DNA from: Myxococcales bacterium
Lineage (GTDB): Bacteria; Myxococcota_A; Polyangia; Polyangiales; Polyangiaceae
Direction: 5' to 3'
Assembly: GCA_043747615.1 (NCBI GenBank)
Contig: JAYTOU010000017.1
Span: forward strand, 64,001 to 128,000
DNA length: 64,000 nt
Below are positions 39,204-49,471 of the stretch, piece by piece. The position numbers and the translations under genes are program-made. The stretch's first letter is position 1. Each line of letters starts with the position of its first letter. A model generated the notes under the pieces. The model saw only the letters and a list, made by a program, of their open reading frames with translations. It did not search any database and was not told the origin of the DNA.

Positions 39204-40343
39204 CTACAGGGACGCCTCGTAAAGCTTGGCCAGATCCTCCCGGGTGGTGGGGCGCGGATTGGATCGATGGCAGGCGTCCTCGAGGGCTTTGGCGGAGAGC
39301 GTCGGGATGTCGGTGATCGTCACGCCTTCGCGCGCGAGCCCGTCGGGGAGGCCGACCCTGGTGCGGAGTGCTCGGAGTGCGCCGGCCGCGCTCTTGGCTT
39401 TCGGATCGAGGATTTGCCGGATGCGCTCGAGCTTCTCGGGCACCACCGATTCGTTGTATTCAACAACCGCCGGCAAGCAGAGCGCGTTCGCGAGGCCGTG
39501 GTGCAGCCCCTTCTCGCTCGAGAGCGGGTGGGCAAGGGAGTGACAAGCGCCGAGACCTTTTTGGAACGCGACCGCACCCATCATTGCGGCCTTCATCATT
39601 CCGCCGCGGGCGTCGATGTCGAGCGCTTGATCGACGGCGCGGGCGAGGTAGGTCGCGCACAGCTCGAGGCCGCCGATTGCGATCCCGTCGGCCATCGGAT
39701 GATCGCCAAGCGAACAGTAGGCCTCGACGCAGTGCGTGAGGGCGTCGAAACCCGTGGCCGCCGTGATGCGCGGAGGCATCGTGCGCGTGAGCTCGGGATC
39801 GAGAATCGCCGCTCGCGCCAAGAGGTACGGGCTGAAAATAACCGTCTTTCGCCCGGTTGCCTTGAGGGTCACCACTCCGGAGCGCCCAACTTCGCTTCCC
39901 GTCCCTGCCGTCGTCGGGACCGTGATGATCGGCGGAATGTTCGCAGTGATGAACGTGTCACCGCCCGTCGCGTCGTCGTAGTCGACGAGGTCCCGCTCGT
40001 GGGTCGTCTTGAGGGCGATGAGCTTGCCGGTGTCGAGCGGAGCGCCGCCGCCGACGCACACCACGACGTCCGCGCCGTGCGCTTTGTACGCGTCGACGCC
40101 GTCGAAGACGTTCTTCTCCACCGGGTTCGGATCGACCTTGTCGAAGAGGTGCGCGGCGATGCCCGCGGTGGTGAGCACGCTCATCACCCGCTCGGCGATG
40201 CCGGCCTTTACGACGCCGGGATCACACACGACGAGCGCGCGCGTGCCGCCTACGCGCTTTACGTGGTCCGCGAGGTAGCTGATGGCGCCGGCGCCGAAAA
40301 CGATGGTGGTCGGGAAGCTCCAGGTGACGACTTGCATGGTCAC
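39204..40343 (-). CDS. Iron-containing alcohol dehydrogenase
   Basis: GGGAPLD, PTTAGTGSE, DALTHCVE and HSLAH...HHGLAN. Confidence 0.95.
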   Translation of the reverse strand: MTMQVVTWSFPTTIVFGAGAISYLADHVKRVGGTRALVVCDPGVVKAGIAERVMSVLTTAGIAAHLFDKVDPNPVEKNVFDGVDAYKAHGADVVVCVGGGAPLDTGKLIALKTTHERDLVDYDDATGGDTFITANIPPIITVPTTAGTGSEVGRSGVVTLKATGRKTVIFSPYLLARAAILDPELTRTMPPRITAATGFDALTHCVEAYCSLGDHPMADGIAIGGLELCATYLARAVDQALDIDARGGMMKAAMMGAVAFQKGLGACHSLAHPLSSEKGLHHGLANALCLPAVVEYNESVVPEKLERIRQILDPKAKSAAGALRALRTRVGLPDGLAREGVTITDIPTLSAKALEDACHRSNPRPTTREDLAKLYEASL

Positions 40344-40356
40344 CGGCGTAGCATTT

Positions 40357-40767
40357 TTAGAAACGCTGAGGTCCCTGTTGGGCAGAAATCGGCCCCCACA
40401 CCGTGAACGAAATGTTCTGTTGCGCTCTGAACTTTCCCCGGTATTGAGCGGTGCCTGAGGCCAAAAGAGAAACGACCTCTCCGCCCATCCCGCACGCCCG
40501 CGGGCGAACGATCTTACGGATCTCCTCGGACATGGCGTCGGTACCCTCGTCCGCGCGGATGTTCACCGCGCCGATCATTTCGTATTTTCCGCCGGAGCCG
40601 AAATTCCCCCCCGGGGCCATGTCGTTCGCCGAGACCGAGACGAACTCGAGCGGGCAATCGGCGACCTTCGCAGGATGCGGCGCGCCCATGCGAACCTCAC
40701 CGACCGTCGCACCCGGACCGCAGCCCGCGAGCGCCATCATCGAAACCACGAGTATCCACCGCGTCAT
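40357..40767 (-). CDS. Small hypothetical lipoprotein
   Basis: MTRWILVVSMMALAGC lipobox, SD GGAGG. Confidence 0.75.
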   Translation of the reverse strand: MTRWILVVSMMALAGCGPGATVGEVRMGAPHPAKVADCPLEFVSVSANDMAPGGNFGSGGKYEMIGAVNIRADEGTDAMSEEIRKIVRPRACGMGGEVVSLLASGTAQYRGKFRAQQNISFTVWGPISAQQGPQRF

Positions 40768-40843
40768 CGATCCTCCATGTTCTTTCGAGTAGAGCCCGCG
40801 AAACGCCGCGCGTCGCAGGAAATCGGCAGAACGTTTCACGCCC

Positions 40844-42190
40844 CTAAATCGCCTCGAAATAGCGCTTTAGCTCCCACTCCGTCACCGCCCGCTCGTGCTG
40901 GCGAACTTCCCACTCGCGGGTGCGCACGTAGTGATCGACGAAACCCGGGGTGAGAATTTTCGGCGCCTCGGTACAAAGCGAGAGGATGCGCGTGGCATCT
41001 TTCAGCGTCCGAGGAAGGGGCGCGTAGGCTCCGTCGCTCTTCGAGGCGTCTCCTTCGGCGGGCGGCCGCGCTTCGGTTTTGTTGTCGATCCCCCAGAGTC
41101 CGGCTCCGAGGCAGGTAGCGATCGCGATGTACGGGTTCATGTCCGCCGCCGTCTGCCGGTACTCGAGCCGCGTCGCTTTTTCGCCGCCGGTGATCGCTCG
41201 GATCGCACAGGTGCGGTTCTCCATTCCCCACGCGGCCGTGAGGGGCGCCCATACGCCGGGCACGTACCTCTTGTAGCTGTTGATGGTCGGCGAATAGAGA
41301 GCGGTGAGCGTGGGCATGTTGAGGATCTGCCCGCCGAGATAATTTTTCGCGAGTGGGCTGATCCCGTCCTTCGGATCAAAAAAGACGTTCTTTTTCCCGC
41401 TCCAGAGCGACTGGTGGAGGTGCCCGCTCGAGCCGGGCAAGTCGGCGTTCCACTTGGCCATGAAGGTCACCGCGAGCCCGCGCTTCGCACAAAGCTGCTT
41501 CATGCCGCTCTTGAAGAGCGCCGCCTTGTCCGCCATGCGCAGCGCTTCGTCGTAACGAATGGCCACCTCGAACACGCCGGGCCCTGTCTCGGTGTGGAGC
41601 GCTTCGATCGGAATGTCGAACGCGTTCATGTCGTCGAGGATCGCCTCGCAGAGCTCGCTGCTTTGACCCTCGCGCACCCAGGAGTAACCGAACATTCCTG
41701 GGCTTAGCGGGGTGAGATTGCGGAAGCCCTTGGCGTGAAGCGACTCGGGTGTCTCCTTGAAGAGGAAGAACTCGAACTCGGCACCGAAGCTCGCCGAGTA
41801 GCCCTTGGCTGCAGCGCGGGCGAGGACGGTCTTGAGCAGTGAGCGCGGACACGCAGGATGCGGCGAGCCGTCCGGAAGAACGAAATCGACGAGAAACGCA
41901 GCCGTTTTTGGCTCCCAGGGGATAACACGAAAGGTAGCGGCGTCGATGCGCGCGAGCGTGTCGGGGTAGCCCGTCGACCATCCGGTGACGGTGGCGTTGT
42001 CGTAGAGCACGTCTCCGCTGTCCCATCCGAAGATGACGTCGCAGAAGCCGAATCCGTCCTCGAGCGCGCTCCAGAACTTCTCGAGCGAGACGTACTTGCC
42101 GCGGAGAATGCCGTCGACGTCGAAGCCGCCCAGCTTGACCTTGGTGATGCCGCGCGCCTCGAACTCAGCGCGTAGTTCTTTCGGAGTCAT
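40844..42190 (-). CDS. Glutamine synthetase-family protein (gamma-glutamyl-amine ligase, PuuA/PauA-like)
   Basis: DVDGILRGK, EFEF, HTETGPGVFE, SSGHLHQSL, NSYKR, ENRT and RLEYR. Confidence 0.9.
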   Translation of the reverse strand: MTPKELRAEFEARGITKVKLGGFDVDGILRGKYVSLEKFWSALEDGFGFCDVIFGWDSGDVLYDNATVTGWSTGYPDTLARIDAATFRVIPWEPKTAAFLVDFVLPDGSPHPACPRSLLKTVLARAAAKGYSASFGAEFEFFLFKETPESLHAKGFRNLTPLSPGMFGYSWVREGQSSELCEAILDDMNAFDIPIEALHTETGPGVFEVAIRYDEALRMADKAALFKSGMKQLCAKRGLAVTFMAKWNADLPGSSGHLHQSLWSGKKNVFFDPKDGISPLAKNYLGGQILNMPTLTALYSPTINSYKRYVPGVWAPLTAAWGMENRTCAIRAITGGEKATRLEYRQTAADMNPYIAIATCLGAGLWGIDNKTEARPPAEGDASKSDGAYAPLPRTLKDATRILSLCTEAPKILTPGFVDHYVRTREWEVRQHERAVTEWELKRYFEAI

Positions 42191-42225
42191 GGCTCCGACC
42201 TTACCCTCATGGTATTCGGCCTGAA

Positions 42226-43260
42226 ATGAGCTTCGATCCGAACGCAGCCGCGCCCGTCGATTCCGGCGTCTTCGGCCTCGACGATTCACTGGACTCGGCG
42301 ACGGTAGTCCTCGTTCCCGTCCCTTGGGACGCCACCACCTCGTACCGCGCGGGAACGGCGAACGGGCCTTTCGCGATCCTCGGAGCGTCGCGCCAGGTGG
42401 ATCTCTTCGACGTCGAGACGGGCACGCCCTACAAAGCAAAGATCGTCATGCTCCCGGAGAGCGCCGAGGTGCGGGCGTGGAACACCGAGGCCCGGGCGTG
42501 CGCGGTGCCGGTGATCGAAGCGGGAGGACGGATCGACGGAGACGCGGGGCTCACGGCAAAGCTCGAGCGGACCAATGCCCTCGGCGCGCTCGTCAACTCA
42601 TGGGTCTACGAAAAAACCAAGACGCTGCTCGCGGCGCGGAAGATCGTCGGCGTAGTGGGTGGGGATCACTCCGTTCCTTTCGGTGCGATTCGCGCAATTT
42701 CCGAAGCGCACCCTGCCGTCGGCATCTTGCACATCGATGCCCACGCCGACCTGCGCCACGCGTACGAAGGCTTCGAGTGGTCGCATGCATCGATCATGGA
42801 AAACGTCTCCCGCAGGCTGCCGAGCGTCGCGAAGATCGTGCAGGTGGGCATCCGTGATTTCTGCGAAGAGGAGCACGCGCGCACCGGCGAGAGCGGCGGC
42901 AGGATCGTCACCTTCTACGACGTCGACCTCGCCGCGGCGCGGATGACCGGCACGCTCATGGACGCGTTCGCGCGCATCGTGAGCGCGCTGCCCGAGAAGG
43001 TATACGTGTCCTTCGACATCGACGGGCTGGATCCGGTGCTCTGTCCTCACACCGGCACGCCCGTACCGGGAGGGCTTTCCTTTCACGAGGCGAGCGCGCT
43101 TCTCGGAGAGGTGGTGAAGGCGGGGCGAACCATCGTGGGCTTCGACTTGAACGAGGTTGCGCCCGGGCCCGAAGGCGACGAGTGGGACGCTAACGTGGGG
43201 GCACGTGTACTATACAAACTTATCGGCTGGACCCTTCTTTCTCAGGGGATCAAGCCGTAA
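42226..43260 (+). CDS. speB: Agmatinase (ureohydrolase family)
   Basis: GGDHS, DAHADLR and SFDIDGLDP...TGTPVPGG. Confidence 0.85.
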   Translation: MSFDPNAAAPVDSGVFGLDDSLDSATVVLVPVPWDATTSYRAGTANGPFAILGASRQVDLFDVETGTPYKAKIVMLPESAEVRAWNTEARACAVPVIEAGGRIDGDAGLTAKLERTNALGALVNSWVYEKTKTLLAARKIVGVVGGDHSVPFGAIRAISEAHPAVGILHIDAHADLRHAYEGFEWSHASIMENVSRRLPSVAKIVQVGIRDFCEEEHARTGESGGRIVTFYDVDLAAARMTGTLMDAFARIVSALPEKVYVSFDIDGLDPVLCPHTGTPVPGGLSFHEASALLGEVVKAGRTIVGFDLNEVAPGPEGDEWDANVGARVLYKLIGWTLLSQGIKP

Positions 43261-43283
43261 AACGTAACCCCCGTCGCGAACGG

Positions 43284-45059
43284 TCAGGGCACGAGGTCTT
43301 TCACTTCGATGGATCCGTGCGGAGTGATCGCCCGGCGGACGAGCTGGGCGGCGACCGGGTCGTCGGGGGCGAATGGCGCAAGATCGTCGAGGGCGCGGGA
43401 GAGAAGCTCGCGCTCTCCGGATGCGGCACAAGCCAGCGCACGCGCCCGAAGAAGCGAGGCCGTCGCCACCATCAGCTCGCCATCCCGCGGAACGCTGAGG
43501 GCCTTCGCCAAGCGCTCACGCGCAGGCAGAAATGCATCCAGGCCCTTCTTTCGTTCGACGTTCCCACGCGGCTCCGGCTCGAAGCGATCGATCCCTCCGG
43601 CCGCCACGAGGTGCCGGGCGAGCGCACGCTCCCAGCGTGGCTGAAACGCCATGGCGAGCGGACGCGACGAGGCCAGTGAGCTCAGCGAGAACTCGGCGGG
43701 AACGCCGCTGAGCGTCATGTCGCGAAAAAGCGGACCAAGCAACGGCTCGCGCGCGAGCTCGTGAAGCGCCGTGCGGCCCCCGAGATCGCGAAGAGGAAGA
43801 AATACGAGATCCCCCCGGAGCTCGCCGGTCGCACGAGCCGCCATCACCCGGCGGACGACGGGGGCTTCGCTCACCATGACCACGCTTCGCGGAGCGAGAC
43901 CGCCCCACATCTCTTGATCCCACGTGAAGGAAGCACCATTCGGTCGCGCATCGCAGCGCTCCTGAGACTCGTCGGCGGCGAGCGCCGGAAAGGTGAGCTC
44001 GAGAAGAAGGATCATCGCTGCGCTCGCCGACGCGAAGGGAACGCGCGCCTCTGACACCCAGCGGACGAGGGCCTGCATCGCAACGGACGCGAGCGAGGCG
44101 AGTCCGGCAAGAGCGAGGAGCGCACAGCTTCCGTAGCGGCTTGGGCCGGCCGGTGCGCCGAGCGCCATCCCTGCGACACCGATCACCGCCCACGCCGCAA
44201 ACGCGCCGGTGAGCGCGCGACCGCGCGGGGGTGCGAGTCCGAGAACCAGACCCGCAGCGGCGAGGGCGAGGAAGAGCCATCCTAGCTGCTCGTGAAGAAA
44301 TGAGACCGGCGAGACGCGCGGAGACTCACCGCGCTCTCCCAGCCACTCCGCGAGGGGCGCCGCATCGAGGGTGAGGTGCGTACCCGCCCGGCGCTGAAGG
44401 GCAAAGGCGAGCGGAACGCCTCCGAGGACGGCACCGAAGATCGAACGGGGAATGACCGCGCGTGCCAGCGGCGATTGTCCGACCCCCAGAAAAATCGCAA
44501 GCGAGCTAACCGCCGCGAGCCCCACGAGAGGCTCGTACGAGAGCGCGAGGGCACAAAGAAAGACGAGCGCCGGAAAGAGTGTAGAGCGCACGTTTCGCGC
44601 CTGCGCAGCGGCGATGGTCACCGGCAAGATGGCGAGGGCGGCGCCGAGGACCGAGCCGCCGGGCGACGAGGCTTCGAGCTGCCAGGCCATGGAGAGAGAG
44701 GCGGTCGCCGCCGCAATGGCCGCGATGCCGGCGCCGAGAAGCGGGGTCTTGGCGAGCGACCCGAGGAGAGCGCGGATGGCGACGAAAAGAGCGCCCCCGC
44801 TTGCGGCACAGATCGTCGCCGAGGCAAGGGCGGCGCGCGTTGCCCGCGTTCCGAGCGGGATGACCATGAACGTCGCTGACGCGACAGCATCGAGCGCGCG
44901 CCACGCTCCCGTCCAGCCGAGCCCAAGAATGCGAACGATCGCTTCGTCGTGCGCGGCGTCGGCGACATCGAGCGCGCGGGAAGCGGCAAGGCATCCGGGC
45001 AAAAGAATGGAGACGGCGAAGAGAGCGCGATCGATCGCCGGGGAGCGCGCGTCTTCCAT
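43284..45059 (-). CDS. Polytopic membrane protein, possibly a DUF2723/GT-C-like glycosyltransferase
   Basis: About 10 TM segments plus a soluble C-terminal domain. IPLGTRATRAALASA recalls the DUF2723 N-terminus. Confidence 0.55.
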   Translation of the reverse strand: MEDARSPAIDRALFAVSILLPGCLAASRALDVADAAHDEAIVRILGLGWTGAWRALDAVASATFMVIPLGTRATRAALASATICAASGGALFVAIRALLGSLAKTPLLGAGIAAIAAATASLSMAWQLEASSPGGSVLGAALAILPVTIAAAQARNVRSTLFPALVFLCALALSYEPLVGLAAVSSLAIFLGVGQSPLARAVIPRSIFGAVLGGVPLAFALQRRAGTHLTLDAAPLAEWLGERGESPRVSPVSFLHEQLGWLFLALAAAGLVLGLAPPRGRALTGAFAAWAVIGVAGMALGAPAGPSRYGSCALLALAGLASLASVAMQALVRWVSEARVPFASASAAMILLLELTFPALAADESQERCDARPNGASFTWDQEMWGGLAPRSVVMVSEAPVVRRVMAARATGELRGDLVFLPLRDLGGRTALHELAREPLLGPLFRDMTLSGVPAEFSLSSLASSRPLAMAFQPRWERALARHLVAAGGIDRFEPEPRGNVERKKGLDAFLPARERLAKALSVPRDGELMVATASLLRARALACAASGERELLSRALDDLAPFAPDDPVAAQLVRRAITPHGSIEVKDLVP

Positions 45060-45183
45060 CGCCCGCGAGTACACCGGGATGGCGTGCGGCGCGCAAGTTC
45101 GTTCCGCAGGCGACCAATGGCTAGGCGAATGCATTTTCGCTAAGCTGCTCGACTCGCCACTTACAAGACGAGCGAGGCATACG

Positions 45184-47070
45184 TTGGCAAGGTTCATCGA
45201 TGAGCTGAAACGGTCCCATCACTGCGGTGAGCTCCGCGCGAGCGACGCGGGAAAAGAAGTCATCCTCTTCGGATGGGTCGCCAACTACCGCGATCACGGT
45301 GGGATGGTGTTCATCGATCTGCGCGATCGCGAAGGCATCACCCAGCTGGTGTTCGATCCGCAGCAGACCGGCTTCGGAGATCTTCCGAGGGTCGCTCACG
45401 GCGCGTCCCAGGCGCTTCGAACGGAGTGGGTGATCGGGGTGCGCGGCATCGTCGTCGACCGTGGCGCGAACAAGAACGCCCGCCTTCCCACGGGAGAAAT
45501 CGAGGTCCACGGCGCCGAGCTCACGGTCTTCAACAAGAGCGATACGCCCCCCTTCGAGATCAGCGATTCCACGGACACGGGCGAAGAAAAACGCCTCACC
45601 TACCGCTACCTCGATCTCCGACGCGGACCGCTCCAGCACACGCTGCGCGTTCGCCACCGCATCACCCAGACGACGCGACGCTACTTCGACGAGCGTGGGT
45701 TTCTGGAGCTCGAAACCCCCGTGATGGTGAAGTACACGCCGGGCGGCGCACGGAATTTTCTCGTTCCCAGCCGCATGAATCCGGGGAAATTTTTTGCGCT
45801 CGCAGAGAGCCCGCAGCTTTTCAAGCAGCTCTACATGGTGGCCGGGTTCGATCGGTATTTCCAGATCGTCAAATGCTTCCGAGACGAGGACTTGCGGGTC
45901 GATCGCCAGCCGGAGTTCACGCAGATCGACGTCGAGATGTCGTTCGTCAACCAAGACGACATTTTCCGCGTGATGGAAGGCCTTATCTTCGCGGTCTGGA
46001 AGACGGTGCTCGGCATCGATCTGCACGAGAACTATCCGTCGGGCCGTTTTCCGCAGATGCCCTTCGAAGATTCGATGCGCTCCTACGGCAACGACAAACC
46101 CGATCTGCGCTTCGACATGCCCCACACCGACGTGACCGACCTGGTCATCGAGCACGGCGGAGGCGGCATCTCCTTCTTCAAGGCCATCGCCGACAAGTTC
46201 ACCGACGGTACCTTCCGCCGCGATCTGCCCGCCGAGATCGTTAAGGCGATGCGAGTGCCCGGTTCTGTGAATGGGCAAGCCCTCTCCCGCGCCGACCTCG
46301 ACAAGCTCGAAGACTTCGTGAAGGGCATGGGCTCGAAGGGGCTCGCGCGCGCCAAGATCGACGCAGAAGGAAACTGGGCCCAGTCCCCCCTCGGCAAGAC
46401 GGTCACCCCCGAGCTCCGAAAAGCGATCAACGAAAAAACAGGCGCAAAAGAGGGAGATTTCCTCTTCTTCCAGTTTGGAAAAGAGAGCGTCGTGCAGACG
46501 GTGATGGCGAACCTTCGCGTCCACCTCGCCAAGAAGCTCAAGCTGATCCCCGAGACCGGCCACGGCGGGAAATTCGATTTCCTGTGGGTCGTGAACCCTC
46601 CGCTCTTCGAGTACGACGAGAATGCCAAGCGCTGGGTCGCAGCCCACCACGCGTTCACCCGACCGCACGACAACTGCCTCGAGCTCCTCGACACCGATCC
46701 GGGCAAGGTCCTCTGCTACCGCTACGACCTCGTTCTGAATGGGTTCGAAATTGGCGGAGGCTCGATCCGTCTCCACGATCCGGCGGTGCAGGCGAAGGTC
46801 TTCCGTGCCCTCGGCATCGAGGACGAAGAGGCCAAGCGAAAGTTCGGCTTCTTGCTCGACGCGCTTCGTTTCGGCGCGCCTCCCCACGGAGGAATCGCCG
46901 TCGGCATGGACCGCTTGGCCATGCTCCTGTCCGGTGCCGAGAGCTTGCGCGACGTGATCCCTTTCCCGAAGACGCAGAAGGGGACCGACTTGATGACCGA
47001 TGCCCCGAGCACCGCGGCGCCCGAGCAGCTTGCCGAGCTGAGGGTGCGTGTCATCGAGCCCCCAACGTGA
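45184..47070 (+). CDS. aspS: Aspartate--tRNA ligase (probably non-discriminating)
   Basis: RSHHCGEL, RDHGG, YRYLDLRR, SPQLFKQ, CFRDED, EIGGGSIR and GAPPHGG. True start is TTG 45184, not 44452. Confidence 0.97.
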   Translation: MARFIDELKRSHHCGELRASDAGKEVILFGWVANYRDHGGMVFIDLRDREGITQLVFDPQQTGFGDLPRVAHGASQALRTEWVIGVRGIVVDRGANKNARLPTGEIEVHGAELTVFNKSDTPPFEISDSTDTGEEKRLTYRYLDLRRGPLQHTLRVRHRITQTTRRYFDERGFLELETPVMVKYTPGGARNFLVPSRMNPGKFFALAESPQLFKQLYMVAGFDRYFQIVKCFRDEDLRVDRQPEFTQIDVEMSFVNQDDIFRVMEGLIFAVWKTVLGIDLHENYPSGRFPQMPFEDSMRSYGNDKPDLRFDMPHTDVTDLVIEHGGGGISFFKAIADKFTDGTFRRDLPAEIVKAMRVPGSVNGQALSRADLDKLEDFVKGMGSKGLARAKIDAEGNWAQSPLGKTVTPELRKAINEKTGAKEGDFLFFQFGKESVVQTVMANLRVHLAKKLKLIPETGHGGKFDFLWVVNPPLFEYDENAKRWVAAHHAFTRPHDNCLELLDTDPGKVLCYRYDLVLNGFEIGGGSIRLHDPAVQAKVFRALGIEDEEAKRKFGFLLDALRFGAPPHGGIAVGMDRLAMLLSGAESLRDVIPFPKTQKGTDLMTDAPSTAAPEQLAELRVRVIEPPT

Positions 47071-47453
47071 GACCCGTCCGCGCGGCGATCGCGGCCCTGC
47101 TGGTGCCGGCGACGATCGCTGCGTGCAGTGACAACCGATCGCACGTCTACACCGGGCGTCTCTTCGAGCCCGCACGAAACTGCCTTGATCCTGCGACCAG
47201 CATCGATGTCGTCGACGGCACCGATCCCGGATCTTCGTGCGTGAAGAAATGCATCGCCACCCTCGCTCCGAGCGACGGCGGGCCTCGCCAGATCTACGTG
47301 AGCAGCGTGTGTCCGCCCTACCCCACGTTCAGCGACACGACGGGAACGGCCGTTGGCTGCGACCAAGCCCTCGCTGCTTCCGATCGGAGTGACGTCTGCC
47401 TCGCCGACGGAGGAAGCTCCCACCCTGCCCTGCCGGACGCCGGTCTCGACTAG
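47067..47453 (+). CDS. Small Cys-rich lipoprotein
   Basis: GTG overlaps the aspS stop. Lipobox IAAC, six further Cys. Confidence 0.7.
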   Translation: MRPVRAAIAALLVPATIAACSDNRSHVYTGRLFEPARNCLDPATSIDVVDGTDPGSSCVKKCIATLAPSDGGPRQIYVSSVCPPYPTFSDTTGTAVGCDQALAASDRSDVCLADGGSSHPALPDAGLD

Positions 47454-47462
47454 GGAGCGTCC

Positions 47463-48461
47463 CTAGCGTTTCAAGAGAGCGCGGAGGGCGGCCATTGGAT
47501 CGAAGCCGAGCGCGCTGGTCACGTCCTTGTCGCCGGCCGCCGTGCCGAGTCGCTTGCGCATCGAGCGAAGGACCGGGTCGAGAAGTCCGAGCGGGTCGAG
47601 GCGGGAGGTGATCATCTTCAAGCTGTGGAAGGCGTAGCGGGCGCCGTCGACGCCGAGAGCGAGACCGACCGCCAGCGGGATCGGCGAGAGGATGATGTCG
47701 CGCACGGCGACCGCGTGTCCCCACGCGCCGGGTTGAGCATCGACCTGAAGATCGCGAAAGCTGTCGACGTCGGCAAAGCATCCGAAAGCGAGCGGCGCGT
47801 ATCGATCTTCGACGGCGCGGACGAGGTGGCGGTAGTCACGCCGCCAATCCCCCGAGAGTAGACCCATGGCCGGGCGGAGCTCGTCGGGCCCAGCGATCAC
47901 GTCGAAGGCAGTTCCTCGCCTGCGCGCGACGAAGGCGGTGAAGAGTTCGCCCTCCTGGAACATGCCGAGCGCGATGGCGTGACCGTCGGCGCACAGCGAA
48001 TCCATCGTCCGGTGGACCATCGCGGTGCTCGGCGTAGGAATTCCCCGCAGACGGCGAGGCCAGCTCTCGATCGCTCCTTCAGCCATCATTTCTCGAACGA
48101 TCGTGACGAGGTTCAAACTTTGGATCGTCAGGTCGTCGGCGCGGCGCGAGCGGGCACCGAAGCGTTCCATGACTTCGTCGAGGGCGCCGAGGTGCGCACA
48201 CAGCCCCCAGCTTGCGTGGTGCGCGTCGGCGAGCGCGGCGAGCGACATCCGTGGCTCATGGAGCACGGTGATCGGAGGATCGACGCGCCCCTTGATGGTG
48301 TGGAGCACCTTGCGAAATGTTTTTCCGTCGTGGATGGCGAAGATGCCACCCCGCGGCCGGCTGGGCTCGAGCTCAGGGGACGCGCGCGGTTTCCACAGGT
48401 GGAGAAAGCGCCGCCAGTCCTGGGTGGTCCACCCTTCGAAGCGGACGTCCGGTGTAAGCAC
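47463..48461 (-). CDS. Hypothetical protein
   Basis: Long ORF with globular composition. GTG 48461 is preceded by TACTCT. Confidence 0.65.
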   Translation of the reverse strand: MLTPDVRFEGWTTQDWRRFLHLWKPRASPELEPSRPRGGIFAIHDGKTFRKVLHTIKGRVDPPITVLHEPRMSLAALADAHHASWGLCAHLGALDEVMERFGARSRRADDLTIQSLNLVTIVREMMAEGAIESWPRRLRGIPTPSTAMVHRTMDSLCADGHAIALGMFQEGELFTAFVARRRGTAFDVIAGPDELRPAMGLLSGDWRRDYRHLVRAVEDRYAPLAFGCFADVDSFRDLQVDAQPGAWGHAVAVRDIILSPIPLAVGLALGVDGARYAFHSLKMITSRLDPLGLLDPVLRSMRKRLGTAAGDKDVTSALGFDPMAALRALLKR

Positions 48462-48510
48462 GCCGCGAGAGTACACGCATCGCCCGCCCGCCCTGGTAGG
48501 TTTCGCCACC

Positions 48511-49467
48511 ATGGTTGCGCCGCGTCTCACCGCCGAAGATCTCTTTCGAACGTATTTTTGGCCGCTCTACCCCGCTGACGCGCAGGGCGATCTTCTGGCG
48601 GCGCGCACGACGGACGCGAACCCCGCGAGGAACCTTGGGGTCCTCGCTCACCTCGACGAGGCTGCCCAGCTCTTTGCGGCACGCGCGCTCGTTCTCTTCG
48701 GAACCGATTTGAAGCTCGATTTCTCGGACGAGAGCGTTCACCGCTTGAGCGCGGCGATCACGAGGGAGCGGCGCGAAGGCTGGCGCGCGCACGGTGAAGC
48801 GGGCACGGCTACGAGCGAGCTCTTCAACGTCGTCGTCCACGGCGCGGCGTACGTGGGAGCGTGCGCGATCAAAGGTCGCGAGGACGCTGCGAGGTGGAGC
48901 GTGCGCAGACCCCTCTGGGAGAGCCTCGTCTCGCTCCGTTCGCGGGCCGGAGAGGGAGACCTCGCCGTCTTTCATTGGTGGCTGAAGTCGCTCGCCGACG
49001 ATGCCTTCGAAGGTTCGGGCCACACCGTCGCCGATCGCTACCGCGCGCATGTCGAGTTGCCGACCATGCGCCCCGAGGAGCTGCCCATCCTCGCGCCATC
49101 GACCCGCAAGCTGCCGCGGATCTCCAAGGCGAGATACGATGTACTCTACAAGCACCTCAAGGCTCATCTTCCCGAAATAAAAGACCTCGGCGCAGACTTT
49201 CCTTCACCCGAGCGCTTCGCCGAGATGGGCTTCACGTGGCTGGATTTCGTGTGGGTCGGCGAGGGGCGGATGCTCGTGATGTACGGCCCCGCGGAGGGCG
49301 GCGTGCATCTCTTCTGGCTCGACGCGCACGGTTTCCAGAAAGCCGCTTTTTTTCCCGCAGACAAATTCCCCGAGCCCATCGTGCGCACGAGCGGCGAGAA
49401 GATTCAGGTGCTCGCCGCGGTGCTCGAAAAACCGATCGTCCACGAGATGCTGTGGTGGGGACCTTAG
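48511..49467 (+). CDS. Hypothetical protein, Trp-rich
   Basis: ATG 48511 follows TAGGTT and is divergent from 48461. Ends HEMLWWGP. Confidence 0.7.
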   Translation: MVAPRLTAEDLFRTYFWPLYPADAQGDLLAARTTDANPARNLGVLAHLDEAAQLFAARALVLFGTDLKLDFSDESVHRLSAAITRERREGWRAHGEAGTATSELFNVVVHGAAYVGACAIKGREDAARWSVRRPLWESLVSLRSRAGEGDLAVFHWWLKSLADDAFEGSGHTVADRYRAHVELPTMRPEELPILAPSTRKLPRISKARYDVLYKHLKAHLPEIKDLGADFPSPERFAEMGFTWLDFVWVGEGRMLVMYGPAEGGVHLFWLDAHGFQKAAFFPADKFPEPIVRTSGEKIQVLAAVLEKPIVHEMLWWGP

Positions 49468-49471
49468 GCCC

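Noticed and set aside
45121..47175. 684-aa minus-strand ORF, and the 244-codon N-terminal extension of aspS from 44452
   Set aside because: The first is an antisense shadow of aspS. The extension overlaps the opposite-strand membrane gene, and AspRS homology begins at 45184.
47450..47466. Palindrome CTAGGGA-GCG-TCCCTAG spanning two convergent stop codons
   Set aside because: It may aid termination, but it is short, lacks a U-tract and is partly explained by the two TAG stops.
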